From Podarcis bocagei (Eukaryota), in assembly GCA_964188305.1 (NCBI GenBank), contig OZ076886.1: a stretch of 64,000 bases of DNA, one strand, 5' to 3'. The notes below the pieces were generated by a model, which ran no database searches, was not told where the DNA came from, and was given only the letters and a program-made list of their open reading frames with translations. A program made the position numbers and the translations under genes. Each line of letters opens with the position of its first letter. Position 1 is the stretch's first letter. Below, in pieces: positions 37,601 through 48,400 of this stretch.

Positions 37601-40600
37601 TTTGCATTCCCCTGTTTAAGAGTGTTCAGCTACTGCTTCCTTTCAATAATTCACCACTGCGGAATTCTGTCTCTAGCCATTGCACATTGAGAAAGTGCTA
37701 CCTACGCGATGTCCGCTACTCCAACAGTTCTTCCATGTTTCACAAATATTCTACCCATTTCCAGTGCAGCTTCTCCGCCCTTGAAACAGTCCAGCTGAAG
37801 GACATGCACCCCACAGAGCAATTCTTACTTACCCACTCAAAAACTCTCTATTGCGTGTGGTCACATGGTTTGCAAGAAAGCAATAAGATAGTAACTAGGC
37901 CCATTTCACACTGGCAACATACGTTTGAAGTGCATGGTGTCTCCGGGGTTTACACCTCACAGAGCTACAATTCCCAACACCCTTAACAAAGTACAGTTCC
38001 CAGGGTTTCTTTGGAAGGAAACTATGTGCTTTAAATGCATGGTGTGGATGAGGCACATGTTTTTTAAGGCACCAGTAGCTACTGGGCCCCTGGATATTTG
38101 CACCCTCGGGCATTTGACAGATAAATCAGATTAATGATTGGAGGCACAGCATAATGAATAAGCATACTGAACACTCTCAAACTTCAGCTTTCCTAAGAAC
38201 TCCAATAGTTCAATTTAAACTGTGATGATTTACTGAAAGTCTTATAGCAGAAGCAAGGAATTGGCAGCCTTAATGAGGAAATGAAAAAGAGACACCCTGT
38301 ATTTCACCTCTAATGGCATTAATAGGCTCTTCCAAGGTAGATCTGACACTGAATCTGTTGCAGGTTGAAACACAATGCTGGGCACCCAGGCACTTTCTAA
38401 GAAAGCCTCTCCATTTAATTGGGGAAACTGCTTAATGAGGAGTAACAGAAGGCTGGCTGCCAGCATGGCCTAATTAAGAAGTTTCCACTGCATAAACTTT
38501 AAGAACCCTTATGAGTGCTGATAATCAACAGGAGCAGAGTCTAAGCTCATTAAGCAGAGGCTGCACCATAGTTCACGAGCAGAGACCAGAGGTCCCAGTG
38601 TATCATATGGAAATTATCTGACACAGTTACCCATTCAAAGTCCAAGTCTACCTGAATGGATTCTCTGTTGTTACTGGAGCATTTCGATGAGCCATTCATC
38701 CCCTTTCAAGTGAAGCTGGAGGGTAGGAGAGCAATGGAGTGCAACCACATCCATTGTGTCAGGCAAATGACTTTGCACAAGAAACATTCTATCCTTGGGT
38801 GGAAACCATGGGCTTATAAAAGGTCAGAGTACTGAAAGGAGCTCTCCAGCCTCTGGTTCAAATCCTACTTCAGAAGGGGGAACCTTAGACCAGTGTTTCC
38901 CAACCTTTTTTGGGCAAAGGCACACTTGTTTGATGAAAAAAATCTCGAGGCACACCACCATTACAGCCCCGTGACGTCAGCGCGCAGCGTCACGCCGGGA
39001 GGGACGCACGAAAGTGTAAGTTTCAATTTTTTCCCTCCCCCTTGCCGGGGAACATCCAAGCTTTGGGGGTGGGGGGGGAGGAGGCAGCAAAGCGAGGCAG
39101 GAAGGAGAGCGCGGCTTGGCTGGGTGAGCTTTGGCAGGGGCAGGGAATGAGAGCCGCGAGGCGGGCGCTGCGGACGGAGGCGCTGCCCGCCGAGCTCGCA
39201 GGCAGCCAGGCAGGCAGACGGCGAGAGCCCCGCGCTGGGCGGCCTCTCCTCGCCGCCGCCACCGCCCCGCCTCTCGCCGCCCAACTCACCCGCCTCCCTC
39301 CAGGCAACATCTCGCGGCACACCAGGCAACATCTCGCGGCACACTAGTGTGCCGCGGAACAGTGGTTGGGAAACACTGCCTTAGACAAACCACTGTACTC
39401 CCATTCTTAATCCCTACAGGAAGATACTACCCTTGCTGGAATGTGTCCTCGAACTGAGATACTGCATGGCTGAAATGTAGCCTATTGTCCAAAGGTTGAC
39501 ACTGCATCCCTTGTTTCACACTTCGTTTCTTCTTTCTTTTCACCTCTGGCCCTGCCTACTTTTACCAGCACTGGTATGTGGCCCTTGGAAGGTTGCCATT
39601 TAGGGAATTTTGCCCTTGGGCAGAAAAACATTCCCCACCCCTGATATAAAATGCTAAAAGAAGAGTGGCACCTTCCAGATTAAGAGATTTATAGTAGCAC
39701 ATACTTTTGTGTGCTGGGGCTTTATTTCAGATGTGGACAGTCCATCAGCCCACCTGGATTTCCCTCGGTGGGTTAAAGTGCTTTCTTCTCTGAAATTAAT
39801 ATACCATATTTTTCGCCCTGTAGGACGCACCGGCCCATAGGACGCCCCTGGAATATTTTTGGGGGGGGGGGAATAAATGGGAAAAAATTTATTCCCCCCC
39901 CACCCAGGCACGGGGCTGGGGGCGGGTGAAGCCCGAGCATCCCCCGACCCCAGCCCCCAGAACGGGAGCCAGAGCGATGCCGAAGCTGTGCACAGCTTCG
40001 GCATCGCTCCGGGGGGTTGCGCGGAGCTGCGCCGAGCCTGGGAGCGCAGGCAGCTCTGCGCAACCTTTGGGAGCCCTGCGAGAAGCCGGGCTCCCTAAGG
40101 CTGCACAGAGCTTTCTGAAGCCTGGAGAGGGGTCGGTGCGCACCGACCCCTATCGCTCACCAGGCTTCAGCAAAAGCCTGTATTCGCTCCATAGGATGCA
40201 CACACATTTCCCCTTCATTTTTGGAGGGGAAAAAGTGCGTCCTATAGGGTGAAAAACACGGTAAATGGCTAAACAAGTCTGCCTTGGATGCTGAAATTCC
40301 TGTATTGCAGGGAGTTGAACTAGATGACCCCTGGGGTCTCTTCCAGCTCTACAATTCTATGATTCTATTAACCATTATTTGATGGGCCTTGTGTAAATAA
40401 TCCATCCAATATGGTCTATAATGCATCTTGTTTCAGAACCAATACTGTTGATATGCAAGCACTGAGTAAGCTTCTTTCATCAGGATACAGCCTTAATGCT
40501 TTTGCCCTATGTGCTGGCACCATTTGCACACCATGCAGCATGCCAGCAGGCTTATGGTGTGGGATGAAGCCACCACACTCATATAGGCATGTGCATGAAA

Positions 40601-42418
40601 CACCCTCCAAAAATGTTGTGCTTGCTGTAGAGAGTGCCTCTACATGAACACATATGGCTACGAGTGTTTTAAAAATCAAATATCAGGATCACTGTCTTGA
40701 CTATAATTGCATTGTTGGCAATAACCCTTGCCACGATGTATGCAGCCCACTCCAGTTCATAGCACAGTGTTAGCTTCAATGCCTATATGGCCCATAAATG
40801 TACTGGTGCAACTTTAGGTTTCTCAGTTATTCATCAACACCAAGCACCCCCCCCCCAAGAAGGAAGAGTCAGCACCACAGAGGGCTGAAGGAACCCTGCT
40901 GGGAGCAGACAATCTGGATCCCTACCTGGGGCTTTGAGTTCATTGCTGATGAAGGTCAGGAGCTCCTGGCAGATATTGCAGTATGGCACAGGCCAGGTGA
41001 GGAAGTCACAGTACGTTCTCATGGCTCTCAGAAGGAAATCTGACTCTGAAGGAAAGTGTGGTGTCTATAAAGAAAATAGCAGTGGCATAAATAGACCAAG
41101 AAGTGGAGGCCAGCATCTCCTTATCTTCTTCCAGATTTAGGAATTCAGCAACTTTAACCATGCACATTTCCCACTGCCAGCTTCAGCTGCCAGCGCTGTG
41201 ATCAAGTTCCTTCAGCAAAATCCCCCCCGCCCCCCCCCGCCAAGGAAGCCATTGGAGAAAAAGAAGATGGGCTGATGCTACATGGGCTTAAGTTCAAGTT
41301 TCCCCTGCTGAGCAACAGTGCTGAATGCTTTGAGTGATAGCCCCAAAAGATGTGCACACACCACCAACAAAGAGGAAAGCAAAGCATCAAGGTGAAACCC
41401 AAAGTGTAATTTGACTTTGCTGTTAGTCATATAATGAAACAGAACAAATAAATAGGGGTTTTTTTGGGGGGGGGGTTCACACACATATAGAATTCATCAA
41501 TGGATCCTTGCAGCACTCAGTTTGCAGTCAACAGTTAGAACTTCCTCTGTTGAAGAGTACCAATAATTGACATCAGGTGAGACAGAAGCTCTTTGGTGGT
41601 GATCAAACCGATCATTCAGTGTTACAAGTCAGCACACAATGAGCATGCATGTGTAAACCAGCACTCAGTATTTAGCTAGATAAAAATATCCCAACTACCA
41701 ATGGTTCTCCTAAAAATCAGGAATACAGAGGTTGACCTGAGTCAGTAGGGAAACTCAAAGTTTAATCTATGTTTTAATTTTGTATGTATGAATTTCTGTG
41801 AGCTCTTTTGAGTCCTACATGGTGAAAAGCTAGATATAAATTTTTAAACAAAAACAAAAGGTTTTCTCATCAACTTTAACAGCCACAGAGCCAATGCCTT
41901 CAGCTATTCGTACCAGCCATGCTGGGACAACTTACACACATAACAGCTGAGCTGAAGAGCAGAGCCAGTGGAGCAAAGAGATCATAGTTGCATTTCTCTT
42001 GGACCTGCAGAGGAAGAAAAGAAAGCACAAGAGGGAAGTGAGATTCTGGTAAAACTACTCAAAGAAATGCTACCCAAACCGATCACCTGGAAGCTTTGGA
42101 GGAGAATTGATGTGTGACTTGACAAGATTGCTATTTGCTTCTCTCTAGGTAAAGTCTACTCTCCAGGTGTTACTTGTTGCAGTGGCAAGTCACTCCTCCA
42201 TGGTGACTCTGAGCCCAGTCACATCATTCTTGGGTTCTTCAATCACCTTCTCCAAATGGCCCTCACATTTCAGAAGAGTGTCATGATTTCCTAGCCATTC
42301 TAAACAATTTTTTTCTGTATTTCCCTTTTTGTATATAGAAGGTGTGCCTGGCACACCTTAGTAAACATTCCTAACAATATGATCTTTTTTGATCCAGTGG
42401 TAGAATATCATTGGGTAA

Positions 42419-42473
<55 letters not shown>

Positions 42474-45400
42474 GGAAGTTCTCACACAGTTCCTCTTTAT
42501 CAAGAAGAGAAACCAAGCAGCATTTCAGCAACCAAACATGGTATATTTGCATCTTTAGTCAGAACAGCTGCAAAGGCTGCAAGTTGCACAACAGAATACA
42601 ACAGAAGCTGTGTGACAGGGTCTCAGTATCACCCTAGCACAGGTAAATTGATATCAAGATCTCCAGGTCAAATTTCTTATGCTGTGGTTTTCTTACGTAA
42701 GCCACTGGAAAGCAATAGTCAGACTGCTCAGCCAGTAGAGAGAATCATCCGCTTTAAGATGTAGGACTCTGAATACTACTGCTACTACTAATCATACTAA
42801 TTTGTGGTGTGTTTTTTATTATGTGGAACTCAGCGTAGGGCTAAGTGGGGCATTGCATGAGTAGAATAAGGTCCACTTACTCAAGAAGACTTCCCCGCAC
42901 TCCTCCTCACATGTGCCTCCTAAATTTGTTCTGGGGTTTCCCCAACTCTCTAGAGCAGATTTAGTGGGTGCAGAGGGGCACCGGGGGGGGGGGAGTCCAA
43001 TTGCACAAGGGGACCTTGGTCTGTGAACAGAACAACTTAGGTGCATCCTCCTCATTACTAATATTATTTATATCACTATCATTTTATTAATTATTACTAT
43101 TATATATTTTTTATAACTGAAGTATCTCCTAGAGAAGGAAGAGAGGTGGTTAGCTCCATGAAGAGGGGAACAACCCCTCTATGGCCCTTTCTGCTCTTGC
43201 AAGGCCCTATAATGATGCTGTGGCACATAGTACCTCTAAGTGCAGTACATTTTCTTCTTGCAGGCTCTCAACAGCTGCAGATTTGTGCATGTTGAGCCAC
43301 AAGACTATTTTTAGGCCAAAAATTCCTCAGAATAGCCAGGGCAGGGCTTCCATTAAACCTGCCAGGAAGTTATACTGTCTGACAACAATTTAAAAAGAAA
43401 GGGCGGGGGGAAACAGCTTCTAACGAACGGGTTCACAGGAAAACCTGCTGCATTCATTCTCTGGGCAGCAACCTTGCTGTGACCCTGTTTCAAACAAGAG
43501 TCCTGGAAAGCCTTTTGCATGCCACAAGCTGGGGTCTCCCTTCCTCAATTCCCCACTGGCCTGCCATCACAATAGCTGGGAAACAATGGAGGCAGGGAGC
43601 TCAGCCTGCCAAGCAGCTCCCAACATTCTGCCATGTGAGAGACAATTGCTCCCTAATGGGGAGGTGTTGGACAAAGCAGGAAGTAGGAAATCTCCACTTG
43701 ACTCTGACAGTTGCTGACCCAGGTGTTCTAACTCATTCATTGTCCTCTTTTTCCCAGCAGTGAAATTCAAACCTCCAGATCCAGCATAACAGAGAGCGGA
43801 GCTGGGCTCAAGTCAACCCATGATGCTCAAGGACTCTGAATCCCATAGGATCCCATGCACAGTATCTGCATTGCCACATAAACAGCAAGGTCAACACCGG
43901 CTCAAGACATTCTGCTGCAGGGTGGGGAGGCAGTGGGGAGCAGTAATACAAATGGTGTCTTGTGCCCACTCCTTGCAGCAATGTGCAAAACAAAGTAACT
44001 GGCAAACTGCTGTCCTTTAAAAGTTCCCAGAGACTGCTCCTGAGGCCAGAGTGTTGTTTAGTCGTTTAGTTGTGTCCAACTCTTCGTGACCCCATGGACC
44101 AGAGCACGCCAGGCACTCCTATCTTCCACTGCCTCCTGCAGTTTGGTCAAACTCATGCTGGTAGCTTCAAGAACACTGTCCCACCATCTCGTCCTCTGTC
44201 GTTCCCTTCTCCTTGTGCCCTCCATCTTTCCCAGCATCAGGGTCTTTTCCAGGGAGTCTTCTCTTCTCATGAGGTGGCCAAAGTATTGGAGTCTCAGCTT
44301 CAGGATCTGTCCTTCCAGTGAGCACTCAGGGCTGATTTCCTTAAGAATGGATAGGTTTGATCTTCTTGCAGTCCATGGGACTCTCAAGAGTCTCCTCCAG
44401 CACCATAATTCAAAAGCATAAATTCTTCGGCGATCAGCCTTCTTTATGGTCCAGCTCTCACTTCCATACATCACTACTGGGAAAACCATAGCTTTAACTA
44501 TACGGATACCTCACTCTAAAAAAGGGGGTGAGGAACCTGAAGCCCTCCAGGGACTCCAACTTTCATCCGCCTCACCCAACATGACCAATGGTCAGGGATG
44601 GTGGGATTTCTGCTCCAGCAACATCAAGAGGGCCACAGGTTCCTTGTCGCTACCCTAAAGACATGGCTGACTCCAAGCAGGATTCAACCAACATCAAGTA
44701 CAGGGGCAGGTTGGTTGGATGGGGGTGAGATTACTGCTTGGTTTATTAGTAGATAGGTAGCCGTGTTGGTCTGCCATAGTCAAAATAAAAAAAAATTCTT
44801 CCAGTAGCACCTTAAAGACCAACTAAGTTAGTTCTTGGTATGAGCTTTCGTGTGCATGCACACTTCTTCAGATACACTGAAACAGAAGTTGCCAGATCCT
44901 TCTATATAGTGAGAAGGTGGGGAGGGGTGTTACTCAGAAGGGTGGTGGGAATGGGAGATAGCTGAGAGAGCCTGTTGACGACTCTTAACGACTGTAATAG
45001 GTCTTACAGGAAAAGGCAAGGGGTGAGAAGGTGAGAAATGGTTTAGTGAGAAATGGTTTTGCTGCCACATACACCCGGACAACACCATTACTGGCCCCAA
45101 CAACATCACACATACCATCTCGGGACTATTTAATTGCTCATCGTCTAACATTGTGTATGCCATCAAATGCCAACAGTGTCCTTCAGCTCTTTATATTGGA
45201 CAAACAGGCCAAACCTTACGCCAAAGAATAAACGGACATAAATCTGACATCAAGAATCACAAAACAGAGAAACCAGTAGGAGAACACTTCAATCTCCCAG
45301 GACATTCTATACAAGATCTCAAAGTAGCTGTTTTACTACAAAGGAATTTCAGAAATAGACTGGAAAGAGAAGCTGCTGAATTACAACTCATTACCAAACT

Positions 45401-48400
45401 TAAAACCATGGAAAGACCTGGGCTGAACAAAGACATTGGATTCTTATCTCACTATACATGACTAAACCATTTCTCACCTTCTCACCCCTTGCCTTTTCCT
45501 GTAAGACCTATGACAGTCGTTAAGAGTCATCAACAGGCTCTCTCAGCTATCTCCCATTCCCACCACCCTTCTGAGTAACACCCCTCCCCACCTTCTCACT
45601 ATATAGAAGGATCTGGCAACTTCTGTTTCAGTGTATCTGAAGAAGTGTGCATGCACACGAAAGCTCATACCAAGAACTAACTTAGTTGGTCTTTAAGGTG
45701 CTACTGGAAGGAATTTTTTTATTTTGTGCTTGGTTTATTATTACCTGTAAAATACTAAACATTTAAAAAGTGGGACATATCCACTTATGTGTGGGTTCCC
45801 AGGGTGCAAAAGGGGGGGGGGAGCAATTCTGTGAGTGACAAACTGACCTAAACACCAGATTCTGTTTCCAACATACAGAGCAATGAGTTACAAATGGCCA
45901 CAAAAACTAGCAACTTCCTCCAGGACATGTTGATGCCATTTTGGAAAGAAGTACTCCCATTCCAAGGTATTGTGTGCATCTACTCTCTTGCCTTAAATTG
46001 TTTTAACATGTTGAAACACCATGCAGAGCACAGAACTTGGTCAAAGGCAAACTGAAATCAGCAGCAAGCTGGGCTGATGCACAAAGCAACCAGCCACTTT
46101 TCATTCTTATTTGTGCTAGAGGTATTCCAGATTCTTAGAGAGAGAGAGCGCACATCAGACTGAGCAAGAATTCCCTTTGTACAAATATTCTTTCCTCTTG
46201 CCCTCTTTGATTTACCTCTTGGGTCTTTTGCAAGATTTTCTCCAGAAGGATGAGGTAGTTCCCTGCATCACGACTGACCAACTCCTGGAGACTCCAACAA
46301 TTCAGACAAAGCCCAGCTGCCAAAAAATGAAGAAACAGGTCACGTTCTGAGCATGGCACGAATTCCAGAGCACTCAGTGTCCTAATTGCAGAAGACAGAT
46401 GTTCATTGAAATTTTGAGCTAGATGGGATATAGGCAAAATGAAAGAGATTCATGGACCATAATGAAAGATACGAGATGTGTGTGGAGTAATTTAAAAAAA
46501 AAGATACAGTGCATGAGCTTTCTTTCTCAGTAGTCACCTACTATCTGGATCCAGTTCTTCAAGAGAGAAAATGTATTTACCACCCTATTAGGGATAAGAA
46601 CAACCTGGAATACAGCATTAGGGAAACAATGTATTTTTGACCTACACCAAGTATTTCCAGTTGTGCTTAATTCATTAGCCTGCAACATTTCCAACAAATC
46701 ATGTGCACTAACTCTTAGGGTAGAGCTGCCTCAAAGTTTCCTATGGCAACATGTCCAAATAATATAAGCAATCCATAATATACATAATTCATTGAGTCCC
46801 TGAGGTGAAGCAGTAAAAGCAAAGAGCCATTGCAGCCCATAGACAATACTACTCCCCATCTTCTTCCTGCTACAGGATCGGTGGCAAAGTTTTGCATCTC
46901 TTTTGCATCTTTGCAGTTAAACTGCTGGTCCTACATGGAAGGATTCAAAGCGAGAAAGAGACACACACACTGATGCAGTGTGTGCAAACCACACAGGGAT
47001 GGGCACCACTGTGGCAGTGGCATACAGGTTAATGTGGTTAGGACTGGGGAGACCCAGGTTTAAATCCCCACTCAAACATGAAGCTAGCTGGGTAGCCTTG
47101 GGCCAGTCACAGTCTCTCAGTTTAAATCAACCTCACAGGGTTGTTGTAGGGATAAAATGGAGGAGGTGGAGAGAGAAGCATGTGTCCCACCTTGAGCTAT
47201 TGGGGGGGATTTAAGTATTAGAGAATAAGAATCTAAATGGTAGATAAGGGCTTAGCAACTTGGCAACCTCAAGATAATTGGAAGGACGCAGCTGTTACTT
47301 GTAATTGCTTTTAGAATGTTGTAACTTGTACTTGTGTTTAGATGTTTTAAATTATAATTGTTTTTAGAATGTTTCAATCTGTTTTTGCTTTGTTTTTGTT
47401 TGTACATTGTTTATCTGTTTGCTGCTCTGTTTGCTCCTTAGGGGGGAAGGGCAGGGTATTACGTTTCCGAGCACAATTCAAAGTGTTGGTGTTGACCTTT
47501 AAAGCCCTAAACGGCCTCAGCCCAGTATACCTGAAGGAGCGTCTCCACCCCCATCATTCTGCCCAGATGCTGAGATCCAGCGCTGATGGCCTTCTGGCGG
47601 TTCCCTCATTGTGAGAAGCAAAGCTACAGGGAACCAGGCAGAGGGCCTTCTCGGTAGTGGTGCCTGCCCTGTGTAACGCCCTCCCATCAGATGTCAAAGA
47701 GATAAACAACTACCTGACATTCAGAAGACATCTTAAGGCAGCCCTGTTCAGGGAAGTTTTTAATGTGTGACATCTTAGTGTATTTTTTGTTTTTGTGGAA
47801 GCTGCCCATAGTGGCTGGGGAAACCCAGCCAGATGGGCGGGGTACAAATAAAAAATTATTATTATATTATTATTAATTCAATTATTATTGTAATTCATCA
47901 TCATCATCATCATCATAGCAGGGTCAGCATGGAAGGCAAATTCCAGAGCAGCTGGCTACGCTCCTTGCTGTCTCTTCCTTAACTTCTGGTACCTTAGTCC
48001 TCCCCCTCTGGTTTAGCAAAATAGTGCTAGATCAGCAACAGAGGAAATTGACACTGCAAGGCTGTATCCAGATGGCAACACACTGCAGCAGCACAGCTAA
48101 AAAAAAGTTGGGTGGCAGCAGCACCCACATTTGCGGCTGGCAGCTTAAGATGAGCTTCAAGAGATGTTTTTCTTGGAAAAGAAACAGTGAGTTCTCTTCT
48201 GAGGACTGCTTGCCTTCTCCAGCAAGTGCTGCCTGCGTAGGGTGGCACTGATGGTTAGCATTTCCTCTCTCAGTTCTCTGAAAGGCAAGGGCAGCTCATG
48301 GCTTGCAACCAGCAATTGCTGTGAAACATTACTGAGATGCTGTAACCACCATGGCTCCACGTGTGAGCTGCACATGCCCCATGCCCACCAAACCCTGGAG

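Larger units (their letters stand above)
44749..45726 (+). mobile_element. Penelope-like retroelement, 5'-truncated, with inverted pLTR
   Basis: GIY-YIG endonuclease ([29 protein letters not shown]...GLN, 45153-45461); inverted arms 44781-45047 and 45461-45726; 14-bp TSD tgcttggtttatta (44735-44748, 45727-45740). Confidence 0.93.

Noticed and set aside
37468-37986. 172-aa plus-strand ORF (also 26403-26942 and 34407-34769)
   Set aside because: No recognisable domain; these are intronic or antisense shadows of PIK3R5 exons, and some use non-ATG starts.
38893-40252. GC-rich ORF cluster as a nested gene or host promoter
   Set aside because: Almost entirely inside two DNA transposon derivatives bounded by TIRs and TSDs.
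44052-44506. BovB as evidence of a new horizontal transfer
   Set aside because: BovB is already well known in squamates; a 450-bp fragment adds nothing without phylogeny.
48175-48185. ETS-IRF composite motif GGAAAAGAAAC, and PU.1-like motifs near 57580
   Set aside because: Plausible for a leukocyte gene, but such short motifs arise by chance in 64 kb; no conservation data available.
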